NCBI GenBank assembly: GCA_963665295.1
Contig: OY762209.1
Location: 736,001 to 800,000, forward strand
Origin: Syntrophorhabdaceae bacterium
GTDB lineage: Bacteria; Desulfobacterota; Syntrophorhabdia; Syntrophorhabdales; Syntrophorhabdaceae
Length of the DNA stretch: 64,000 bases
Direction of reading: 5' to 3'
Shown here: positions 10,479-18,651 of the stretch, one piece after another
How the letters are laid out: every line of letters starts with the position of its first letter
How positions within the stretch are numbered: position 1 is the stretch's first letter
Program-made: the position numbers and the translations under genes
Notes under the pieces: generated by a model
Told to the model about the DNA's origin: nothing
The model's input: the letters and a program-made list of their open reading frames with translations, nothing else
The model's database searches: none

Positions 10479-12611
10479 ATGAAGAAATATAAGAAAGACC
10501 TCGTCGTCCTCGCCATTACAGCGGCGGTCTTTGCCTTTCTCATCTACCTCGAAACCCAGCTCCCTTTCTTCAAGAGGTTTATCCCTGTAGGGGAAAACAA
10601 ACTCATCATCATCATTTTCAACATCAACATGCTCCTCATCCTCCTCTTCCTTTTCCTCTTTTCCAGGGCCCTCATCAAGACCTACATAGAAAAGAAACGG
10701 GGTATATGGGGCTCGGGCCTCAAGGTGAAGCTCATCGCCACCCTTCTGTGCGTCTCCCTCATCCCCTCCTTCACCCTTTTCATCCTCGCCACGGGCTTTT
10801 TCAACATAAGCATGGACAAATGGTTCAGCCAGAGAATAGAGGATACCGTGGGCAATGCCCTGGAACTTTCCCGGTTCTATTACAACGACCTGTTTCAGCG
10901 GTACGACAAGACAAGCGACCTCATAGCCCGCGACATCAACCGGAGAAGACTCCTCAACAATGACCGGGAGTTGACCGCGTATATCAACAGGAGCCTCGTG
11001 ACCCACCTCCTCGGGTATGTGGCGATCTACGACCTTTCAGGGGACATGATCATTGCGAGCGACGACATCAATAAGGAGATACAGCCCAAGCTTTCGGAAA
11101 AAGCGAAGCTTTTCGCCAGGGGTGGTCCTATGCGGTCTATCGTGCCCATGAAGGAAGGGGAACTCTTCGTTGCGGGCAGGCAGATCATCGATGAAAGCGG
11201 GGACCCCCAGGCCGTCCTGCTCGTGGGGGATATCATCAAGGTGCACGGGACGGAGCGCATCCAGGAAATCGCCTCCGCCCACAAGGAGTTCAACGAGTCG
11301 AGGCCCCTCAAGAAGATCCTGAAGTACGGGTTTATCGTCCCCCTGTCCCTCATTACCATTATGACCATATTCTTCTCCGTCTGGGTCGGCACGAAGATGG
11401 CGACGGAGATCACCACCCCCATCCAACGGGTAAAGGAAGGGGCGTCCATTATCGCCAGGGGCAAGTTCGACATCAACCTCGACGACAAGGGCAAGGACGA
11501 GATCAGCACCCTGGTTACGGCCTTCAACACCATGGCGAGGGAACTGCAGATCACGAAGAACGAGATAGAGGAGAAGAGGCGGTACATAGAGGTAATACTC
11601 GATAACGTGGCCACGGGCATCATATCCACCGATAAGAAAGGCGTAATACTCCTCCTCAACACCGCGGCCCGGAACATCCTGGGCATAGACAGCGAGATGG
11701 GGGAAGGGACCCCCCTCAAGGATATCTTCGGCGCGGACTTCAAACCCGTCCTGAAATCGTTCCTTAAGGAGATAAAGGACGCCCACGGCCGGAGTGTGAC
11801 CCAGGAGATGAAACTCAGGGTGAAAAGAGAGGTTACCTACCTCAGGGCATCCCTCACGGTCCTCAAGGACCCGGAGGACAAGACCGAAGGGTTCATCATC
11901 ACCTTCGACGACATCACCCACATCGTGAGGGCCGAGAAACTCGCGACCTGGAGGGAAGTGGCGAGAAAGCTGACCCATGAGATCAAAAATCCCCTCACTC
12001 CCATCATGCTCTCCGCGGAAAGGATCAGGCGGAAGCTGCTGCCCCGCGCGGGGGATGACGACAAAGGGGTCCTCGACGAGACGACCTCCGTGATCATCCG
12101 GTCCGTCCAGGATATCAAGGGGATCGTGAACGAGCTTACGAAACTGACCCACAGCTCTCAGACCAAGACCCTCGAAGACATCAACTCCATAGTGGACGAA
12201 ACCATCGCCCTTTACAGGCACCTTTACCAGAACATTACCTTCGAAGTGGAAAAGGGGCGGACACCCCCCTTCAAACTCGACCGGGACGGGATAAAACGGG
12301 CCCTCATCAACCTCATCACCAACTCCGTGAAGGCCCTTGACGCTGCGGGCGGCGTCATTGTCGTCACCACCCACTACGACAGGCCGAGCAGGTCCGGCAT
12401 AATAGAAGTGGCGGACACAGGCAAAGGCATCCCCGACGAGGACAAGGTCCGGGTCTTCGACCCGTATTTCACAAAGGACAAGGACGGCACCGGCCTGGGC
12501 CTCGCCATCGTCCATTCCATCATACTGGAGCACCACGGAAGGATCTTCGTGGAGGATAATATCCCGAAAGGGACCAGATTCATCATAGAACTCCCCATCA
12601 TCGAAACCTGA
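10479..12611 (+). CDS. NtrY-like HAMP-PAS sensor histidine kinase
   Basis: N-terminal TM segments, HAMP, PAS, 'WREVARKLTHEIKNPLTPI', 'DTGKGI..FDPYFT..GTGLGL'. Confidence 0.88.
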   Translation: MKKYKKDLVVLAITAAVFAFLIYLETQLPFFKRFIPVGENKLIIIIFNINMLLILLFLFLFSRALIKTYIEKKRGIWGSGLKVKLIATLLCVSLIPSFTLFILATGFFNISMDKWFSQRIEDTVGNALELSRFYYNDLFQRYDKTSDLIARDINRRRLLNNDRELTAYINRSLVTHLLGYVAIYDLSGDMIIASDDINKEIQPKLSEKAKLFARGGPMRSIVPMKEGELFVAGRQIIDESGDPQAVLLVGDIIKVHGTERIQEIASAHKEFNESRPLKKILKYGFIVPLSLITIMTIFFSVWVGTKMATEITTPIQRVKEGASIIARGKFDINLDDKGKDEISTLVTAFNTMARELQITKNEIEEKRRYIEVILDNVATGIISTDKKGVILLLNTAARNILGIDSEMGEGTPLKDIFGADFKPVLKSFLKEIKDAHGRSVTQEMKLRVKREVTYLRASLTVLKDPEDKTEGFIITFDDITHIVRAEKLATWREVARKLTHEIKNPLTPIMLSAERIRRKLLPRAGDDDKGVLDETTSVIIRSVQDIKGIVNELTKLTHSSQTKTLEDINSIVDETIALYRHLYQNITFEVEKGRTPPFKLDRDGIKRALINLITNSVKALDAAGGVIVVTTHYDRPSRSGIIEVADTGKGIPDEDKVRVFDPYFTKDKDGTGLGLAIVHSIILEHHGRIFVEDNIPKGTRFIIELPIIET

Positions 12612-12730
12612 TGTCGGGGCGTATTCTGCCCCGGTCTACGGGGCGGGATTCCGCCCGGGACGCTCTCCTGCCTGGCTATCCCCGTCCAGGGCTCCTATTC
12701 ATTGCCCTTGAAATATGGTATACTTACTTC

Positions 12731-13177
12731 ATGAAGACCGTTTCCACAAACAGGAAGGCGTATCACGAGTACCATATCGAGGAGAAATTCGAGGCGGGGA
12801 TCGCCCTTACCGGAACAGAGGTGAAGTCCTTGAGAGAGGGCAAGGCCAACCTGAAAGAGAGTTACGCGAAGATCACGAATGGTGAGCTTTTTCTGGTAAA
12901 CGCCCACATAAGTCCTTACACCTGCGGCAATATGTTCAACCACGAGCCGAAGAGGACGCGGAAGCTCCTCATGCATAAGAGGGAGATCCACAGGCTTATG
13001 GGCAAGGTCAAGGAGCGGGGTTACACGCTGGTGCCGCTTTCCATTTACTTTAACGAAAAAAACAAGGCAAAACTGGAATTTGGCCTTGGAAAAGGTAAGA
13101 CCCTTTACGATAAGCGCGAGGCGATCAAGCGCAAAGATGATAGAAGGGCTACCGACAGAGAATTGAGATCAAGATAA
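12731..13177 (+). CDS. smpB: SsrA-binding protein
   Basis: NRKAYHEY, EAGIALTGTEVKSLR, RKLLMHKREI, KGKTLYDKR; true start is the ATG at 12731. Confidence 0.96.
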   Translation: MKTVSTNRKAYHEYHIEEKFEAGIALTGTEVKSLREGKANLKESYAKITNGELFLVNAHISPYTCGNMFNHEPKRTRKLLMHKREIHRLMGKVKERGYTLVPLSIYFNEKNKAKLEFGLGKGKTLYDKREAIKRKDDRRATDRELRSR

Positions 13178-13178
13178 A

Positions 13179-13532
13179 GGGGGCGATTGGTTTCGACAGA
13201 GTTGTAAGAGTCAAGGAGGCATGCCGGGTTTTCTGCCGACCCGTAAAAAAGGCGGAACTAAACACAACTGCAGACTCTCACGAGTACGCACTAGCTGCCT
13301 AGAGCAGCTACGTCATCCGGACTTTCTTCCTGCTTTAAGTCCGAGTATGGCGTCATCTAAGTAGGATAGTCTTTCCAGACACCTATAAGGAAAGGCGAAA
13401 TTTAATAGGCATGGGTGGGGTCGAACCTGTCAGTGGGTGCTTTCCCATCCGAGATTAAATCGCTGACTAAGCATGTAGGCTTTTTGGTTGCTTCTTCTTT
13501 GGACGCGGGTTCGATTCCCGCCGCCTCCACCA
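13179..13532 (+). ncRNA. ssrA: tmRNA; tag peptide (A)ADSHEYALAA* read from 13270-13302
   Basis: 5' GGGGGCGATTGGTTTCGAC, 3' GCGGGTTCGATTCCCGCCGCCTCCACCA, ALAA* tag; follows smpB. Confidence 0.96.
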
Positions 13533-13534
13533 TT

Positions 13535-14752
13535 TTACCTTTTATTTTCGGTATCTTCCGCACGATGATCTCGTGCGATTTCGTGCGAAGCCAATTTGAC
13601 GACCTTCCCTTCGAGAAGGTTCTTCCTGGTTGCCACTTCCATCTTTGCGTACTTGTCCACGCTGTCCATCCTGGCCCAGTCACCCGCTTCTTTGAGATCG
13701 GACTTGGAAAGACCGTACACGTTCAATAGCTGGCTCGCGCGGCTATGCTTCGTGCCGCTGTAAAGGTCTATATTTTCCCCCGCTACTTTGCAGGCTGCAT
13801 CCCAGAGCCTTTGTAAGGTCCGGGCGGTGTATCGCTTGCCCCTCTTTCTTCCACGGACCGAGACGAACATGTACGGGCTGATAATTCCATGTTCTCTTTG
13901 CTTCTCGGCTTCCACTCTTGTCCATGGTTCGAAAGCCGATACCATCGGGATCAGGTGTACCTGCTTGTCCTTGGTCCTGGTAATTTCCTGATAGTTGGAT
14001 ATGCCGCGCCAAATCTTAAAGACCCCATCTTCGAAGTCTTCCTTATAGAGCGCCATGGCCTCACCCGGCCTTCTCAGATGATACTTGAGAAACCAGAATA
14101 TCGGCTGATCCTCAACGGGAATAGCCTTAATGATCCGGTCCTGTCTGTCCTCGGGAAGCCACCGAATCACGGGGTCCACGATCTGGAAATCCTTTCGCTC
14201 GGGAAATGGGGGGATAGCCGGTATCCTTCGGGCCTTCCATGCGTACTTTAGGCAGGCATGAAGGCAGTAGATAACGTTCAGTTTTCCTTTGCCTACCCGG
14301 TTGATGGAGGACATGAGTTCCATAAGGGTGTCAAACTGGATTTCGTGAAGTTGAATCAGCTTCTTTTCAAAAAATGGCTTCAGGTGCTTGTTGATACTTC
14401 CCTTGTAGTCTTTGTAGGTAGCAGGGCTCAGCGTGGATTTGACGGCTTCAAGCCACGACTCCAGGTACGGGATGACATCCGTCTCATTGTGGGTGTACTT
14501 CTCCAGGCGAAAGCACCTATTTTCCTGGTCCCCCTGCATGGCGGACAGAAGCTTCTCGGCCAGGGCAAACCCCATGTCTCGTCCGCGATCATCGATGGCT
14601 TTGCGCATGGGCTGGCCCCGGTAAAACCAGATTTTATACGTGCGACGGTGAGGAGAATGGTACCATGACACGTAATACCGCCCTGACTTCTTGTCGAAGC
14701 CTATCAACCCTTTCATACAGATAGCGTATATTGAGGTCTCGTGCGATGTCAA
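13535..14752 (-). CDS. Tyrosine recombinase / integrase
   Basis: 'HLRRPGEA', 'TKD', 'LYSGTKHS', 'GDW..MDSVDKY'; core-binding domain 'LSPATYKDY'. Start is either TTG 14752 (AGGAGG RBS) or ATG 14716. Confidence 0.9.
   Translation of the reverse strand: MTSHETSIYAICMKGLIGFDKKSGRYYVSWYHSPHRRTYKIWFYRGQPMRKAIDDRGRDMGFALAEKLLSAMQGDQENRCFRLEKYTHNETDVIPYLESWLEAVKSTLSPATYKDYKGSINKHLKPFFEKKLIQLHEIQFDTLMELMSSINRVGKGKLNVIYCLHACLKYAWKARRIPAIPPFPERKDFQIVDPVIRWLPEDRQDRIIKAIPVEDQPIFWFLKYHLRRPGEAMALYKEDFEDGVFKIWRGISNYQEITRTKDKQVHLIPMVSAFEPWTRVEAEKQREHGIISPYMFVSVRGRKRGKRYTARTLQRLWDAACKVAGENIDLYSGTKHSRASQLLNVYGLSKSDLKEAGDWARMDSVDKYAKMEVATRKNLLEGKVVKLASHEIARDHRAEDTENKR
14723..14752 (-). promoter_or_regulatory. 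Putative sigma70 promoter of the integrase with an arm-type-like repeat in its spacer
   Basis: TTGACA (14752-14747), N18, TACGCT (14728-14723); the ATG at 14716 lies at the expected +1. Confidence 0.5.
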
Positions 14753-14877
14753 GCTGCCCTCCTTTCCCCTTGCTCGAAGACGCAGCTTTGGAGAGCAATA
14801 ACAAAAAGGAAGGTTTCCGCTTCCCGCTTCATAAACGAACCGCCGCCCTCCTGATCATAGATGCGCTTTTCGTTCAT
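14749..14877 (-). CDS. 42-aa small ORF coupled to the integrase start
   Basis: MNEKRIYDQEGGGSFMKREAETFLFVIALQSCVFEQGERRAA*; AGGGGG RBS; its TGA overlaps the integrase TTG. Confidence 0.3.
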   Translation of the reverse strand: MNEKRIYDQEGGGSFMKREAETFLFVIALQSCVFEQGERRAA

Positions 14878-14897
14878 ACCGTCCCCCTTCTGAACGG

Positions 14898-15100
14898 AGA
14901 TTTAGGGGTATTTCCCCTTAAAAAACTTTCTTTCCTTCACAAAGCCTGGGGAAAGAAAGGGGAAGGGCATCCGGAATTAAGCGGCTGACTCCATGCATCC
15001 GGACATGACGGATACCTCCGGCGTGCCGGGTGCCAAGAGGCAAACCTTAATGGAGCGATTCAGTGCAAAGACTGAGACGGGCGCATGTGCTGACGGCGGC
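14898..15100 (-). repeat. Structured non-coding leader, copy A
   Basis: Homologous, in inverted orientation, to 43309-43354 plus 43546-43704; contains several hairpins and a terminator-like stem with a T run. Confidence 0.8.
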
Positions 15101-15468
15101 GGAGATTTACTCGAACCCGCAAGTTGGTCCGATATGAACTGTGGGACGGGCAGACTCAGAATCGGATCTGCCGAATGGTTGAGCGTGAGAAAGGTATCCG
15201 ATTCCTATCGATTCGCGTGTTTGTGGACCGCATAGAAAGCACCATCAGGGCGAGGATGGACTCACCTATAAGTCTACCCCACGGCCTTTTGCCTTTTATC
15301 CACCATTACCACAAGAAAGCGAGACAGGTACGATATCTGGAGTGCGTAAGAGACTTTCGCAAAAACGCCAGAAATGAGTATAATCTTATTGGCGGGTTAG
15401 GCAACGAAAAAACATGCGGAAAATGCTAATGGTTATTGCGCGGAAAAGCCAACAAGAAAATTGCATTT

Positions 15469-16275
15469 TTACAGTCTTATAAATCTTGGCTCGCCGACTT
15501 GATCTGCGGGAAAATGAGTACAAGGCCTCTGTAATACGCTCAATCGCTTATGCGGCGTTAGCTGCCCCAGATTGCCTTCATATGATAAATAGACGACATC
15601 AAAGATTGATTTAGTCCAACCGGTCACAAGATCAACAGCAAGACCGACTGCCGTGGATGCCACAACGCCATTAGCCCAAACCACCTGCGGGTTGTTTCCC
15701 GCATCACCATAACGCTTAGCCTCGATGGCAAGCTTTTTCTCAGACAGATATCCCATACACCACATGCAGGGACCACCCGGGATCGAAGCAATAATCTGGC
15801 CGCTGGCGATAGGCGGTTGGGGATCTGCCCGGTTAACATCAATTCCAACGTCTATGTATGGCGTGAGGTGCCGGCGGCTGAACGCTTCGAGTTCTTGCCG
15901 TCCTTTGAATCCGTCCACGCAGCCGAAGATAATATCGCAACCCCTAAGAGCTGCAGGATCATTTTGCCACCAGTCTCGAATCATGAGCACGTGAGCCTTT
16001 GGCTGCAGTCCGCGTATGAGTTTCCTTGCGCTCGCGACCTTTGGTGTCTTCTTTGCGACGTCCCTTACGGTTGCACCGACGAGCCGATTCAGGTTTGTTT
16101 CCTCGACCCGGTCTGGATCACAGAGAACATACTTGTTGAACCCCACGTGGGCCAGCTGCTGCACAATATGCGAACCGCCACCGCCAAGGCCCACTACTCC
16201 AACAACGCAGTTGGCGATTTTTGTCTGCGCACCTTCACCCAAGAACGACTGACGGTCATAACGATCTTCATGCAT
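15469..16275 (-). CDS. ThiF/E1-like adenylyltransferase (BubD/BilD-like)
   Basis: GLGGGGS, D.DRVEETNLNR, GCVD, CMWC...CTH Zn motif; ATG at 16275 preferred as start. Confidence 0.88.
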   Translation of the reverse strand: MHEDRYDRQSFLGEGAQTKIANCVVGVVGLGGGGSHIVQQLAHVGFNKYVLCDPDRVEETNLNRLVGATVRDVAKKTPKVASARKLIRGLQPKAHVLMIRDWWQNDPAALRGCDIIFGCVDGFKGRQELEAFSRRHLTPYIDVGIDVNRADPQPPIASGQIIASIPGGPCMWCMGYLSEKKLAIEAKRYGDAGNNPQVVWANGVVASTAVGLAVDLVTGWTKSIFDVVYLSYEGNLGQLTPHKRLSVLQRPCTHFPADQVGEPRFIRL

Positions 16276-16789
16276 AAATGCCGCCCCCAAATGTTTGATT
16301 ATCAAGCGGATAACCGACTATGGTTACTTTCGTGACCCGCCGTGGAGAGACCTGTTTTGTCGGCCATATCAGCCCGGCGACACTGTTGAAACTGAAGACC
16401 ATCGCCCCGTGCACCGCATTCCCGCCAAGGTTATGGAATGAGGGTATTAACTTGCCAAGTTCACGACGATCAATCCTGCTGAAACTCGGCGGCCCCGAGT
16501 GTTCGTGTCGATGGACGTGAAGAATGCCCTCTTTTGTGGACAGGCTGTGTTCCATGGCATTTCGGATCGCAGCCGAGTTTATTCTTGCTCCGACGTAAGG
16601 GTCATTTATGTACTGTGTATCGGGTACGGAGAGATAATCGGTTACAAGAAGGAGGATACCTCCTTTGTCAAGAACGCTCCGCCGTGTAAACATAAACCCA
16701 ACACGTTCATGGGCAAAGGGATGCGGGCGGTCGAGATCTGCTCGCATCCCATCATAGACCAATCTTGTCATTTTTGCGTGGATCAGCAT
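16268..16789 (-). CDS. JAB/MPN-type isopeptidase (BubC/BilC-like)
   Basis: E(RVGF) ... HVHRH.H....FS.ID JAMM-like motif; operon context. Confidence 0.75.
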   Translation of the reverse strand: MLIHAKMTRLVYDGMRADLDRPHPFAHERVGFMFTRRSVLDKGGILLLVTDYLSVPDTQYINDPYVGARINSAAIRNAMEHSLSTKEGILHVHRHEHSGPPSFSRIDRRELGKLIPSFHNLGGNAVHGAMVFSFNSVAGLIWPTKQVSPRRVTKVTIVGYPLDNQTFGGGIYA

Positions 16790-17133
16790 GTCAAACCTCT
16801 CAGGTGTGCGGCCACCATCTGTGAAAGCCTTCGATCAGTCGGCTGCAACTGCCAAGAAAAAGCATGCCATGCCCGATCCAGAATCCATGCTCCACGAACA
16901 TTCCAGTTCAGGGGTTTTCCAGACTGAACCAGTTCGGAAAAATATAGGCGTGAGTTGTAGCCTTCCCTTTGGTTGGGGCACAGCAAGACATCGACTGTTG
17001 CCGGCAGACAGTTGGGCGGCAGTTTAAGCCCTGCAATCAAGAAATAGTCATAGGTTCCCTCTTGAGCATACTTGACCCCAGGAAACATGCTCTTGAGTTC
17101 GCTAATCTCATCTTCTGGAAAAGTCGTACCCAT
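16783..17133 (-). CDS. Prokaryotic E2-like protein (family E; BubB-like)
   Basis: 'LKLP...VDVLL.P..GY' and 'WHAFSW' motifs; sits between Ubl and JAB. Confidence 0.7.
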   Translation of the reverse strand: MGTTFPEDEISELKSMFPGVKYAQEGTYDYFLIAGLKLPPNCLPATVDVLLCPNQREGYNSRLYFSELVQSGKPLNWNVRGAWILDRAWHAFSWQLQPTDRRLSQMVAAHLRGLTC

Positions 17134-17142
17134 TTTGCCCTC

Positions 17143-17391
17143 TCACGATGATGAACCATCTTTCGGGTGGCTGATGAAGGTCTCCCCGCCCTTTATTGTG
17201 ATTCGTCCATCATCGGGCAATGGCTCGAACTTACCCTCAATCACCTGATCGAGATCATAGGCAAGCGGGATGCCAGCCAAGGTCTTGATGGCCGTGACGG
17301 TCTGATGGCCCCGGTGAATCGTGTACTGTTTGCTGTCTACTATGATTGTTACCTGGCTCTGCCCAGGCTGCCCATTTTCGTTTTGCATCAT
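17143..17391 (-). CDS. Ubiquitin-like (multiubiquitin-domain) protein (BubA/BilA-like)
   Basis: 'VTIIVD.K.Y.I.RG..TV..IK.LAGIP..YDL....I.IKGGE.F.S' beta-grasp pattern; C-terminus DGSSS; AGGAG RBS. Confidence 0.8.
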   Translation of the reverse strand: MMQNENGQPGQSQVTIIVDSKQYTIHRGHQTVTAIKTLAGIPLAYDLDQVIEGKFEPLPDDGRITIKGGETFISHPKDGSSS

Positions 17392-17545
17392 GATTCTCCT
17401 TTAGACTTAAGATAAGGGTCTTTACGACAACCTCTTTCCCTTCTATCCTCTATAGCCCAAAACTTTTTGTTTTTTTCCATGGCAAAAAGCGGGAAGTTGC
17501 GAGCACTATATATAAAGGAGGATGATCATGAGATGAGGAAGAAGA

Positions 17546-18265
17546 ATGAATAACGAGCTAGTCGAAAAACTGAAAGAGGTAGACTGGGACAGATTTATCC
17601 TCGAATTGGCACGTTTCGCATCGAAAAGGATCGAAAGGCTTTCCTGGAAACATGCCCGTATTCCAAAAGGTCTAACGGCCGATGGAATAGCCTTGCAAGC
17701 GATCGAAAAAGTGTTTGACGAAGAAAGGCGCTGGGACCCACAAAAAGATCCTGATCTCATGAAGTATTTGAAGTCAACCGTGAATAGCTTGATAAGTAAG
17801 CTTTACAAATCGAAAGAGTATCAAATTACGGAGCGATTTGAAGAAGGAGAGGACGGTGAGGACTTAATCCCATTACCAGCTGATTCGGACAGTCCCCATT
17901 CTGTAGCAATTCTTGGGCAGCCAATTGCCAACCCCGAACAGATATTACTAAAAAAAGAGGAAGAACAGCAGGCCAAGGAAATGACAGACAAGTTCCTTGA
18001 ATCTCTCGAAGACGATGAGGAGCTCGGAGAGATTGTGTTGTGCCTGCTTGAGGACATCACAAAACCCGCAGACATCGCTCAAGAACTGGGAGTCGAGGTG
18101 GAGGAGATCTATACGCGAAGGAAAAGGTTAATAAGACGCTATGGAGAATTCAAAAATATTATAAAGAAAGAAGGTATTCAATGGAGGCCAAAAACGGAAA
18201 AGGAGGGAGGTACTCAAAGTGCGTCGAGAATTTTTTTGACTTTCTCGGGGACGCCGAAGGATTGA
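17546..18265 (+). CDS. Divergent ECF/sigma-70-like protein
   Basis: Region-2-like 'TADGIALQAIEKVF...RRWDP....LMKYLKSTVNSLI' and region-4 HTH 'KPADIAQELGVEVEEIYTRRKRL'. Confidence 0.6.
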   Translation: MNNELVEKLKEVDWDRFILELARFASKRIERLSWKHARIPKGLTADGIALQAIEKVFDEERRWDPQKDPDLMKYLKSTVNSLISKLYKSKEYQITERFEEGEDGEDLIPLPADSDSPHSVAILGQPIANPEQILLKKEEEQQAKEMTDKFLESLEDDEELGEIVLCLLEDITKPADIAQELGVEVEEIYTRRKRLIRRYGEFKNIIKKEGIQWRPKTEKEGGTQSASRIFLTFSGTPKD

Positions 18266-18651
18266 GCGATGAGGACCTGACAAAGGACCTCCTTGCGGAG
18301 GGAATCGATCCCGAAGCGTTGCTTGCACGGGGCAGACTTATTGTGGAGACAAAACTGAAGGAGGCGAAATTATCTTGGAAAAGGAGGGCGCGCGAAAGAA
18401 TAGAATCGTTTGAACGGACAATATCTTCCGCAAAAATCGACATTCCTAATAGTCCTTCAGATGCTATGCTCAAGATTAGGGGGTTGCTCGGGAGCATCCC
18501 TGAAGGAAGCAGAATGCGTTATGCTCAATTTTATAGCAAAATGGACAAGCTTACAGAAGGGGAAGCTATATCAGTGTATCAAGACTTGCAAAAGCTAAAA
18601 CTCCTTGATGACGGAAACGAGGGGATAAGCGATGATCACTCGGGAAGCTAA
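18181..18651 (+). CDS. Hypothetical soluble helical protein (candidate anti-sigma / IrrE substrate)
   Basis: 156 aa; overlaps both neighbours; AGAAGG RBS. Confidence 0.6.
   Translation: MEAKNGKGGRYSKCVENFFDFLGDAEGLSDEDLTKDLLAEGIDPEALLARGRLIVETKLKEAKLSWKRRARERIESFERTISSAKIDIPNSPSDAMLKIRGLLGSIPEGSRMRYAQFYSKMDKLTEGEAISVYQDLQKLKLLDDGNEGISDDHSGS

Noticed and set aside
12611..12730. N-terminal extension of SmpB in the ORF track
   Set aside because: Homology begins at MKTVSTN (12731); the upstream part is hairpin-rich intergenic DNA
13402..13729. ORFs overlapping the tmRNA
   Set aside because: Spurious translations of ssrA and of the integrase antisense strand
15036..15090. GGCAAACC...GCAAAG resembling a c-di-GMP-I riboswitch
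   Set aside because: The GAAA-capped stem and GGACGCAAAG spacing are absent, and it is on the strand opposite the adjacent gene
15379..15402. GTTAGGC after a promoter as attI, with the integrase as IntI
   Set aside because: The integrase looks island-type, lacks recognisable IntI motifs and abuts the tmRNA; one 7-mer is not enough
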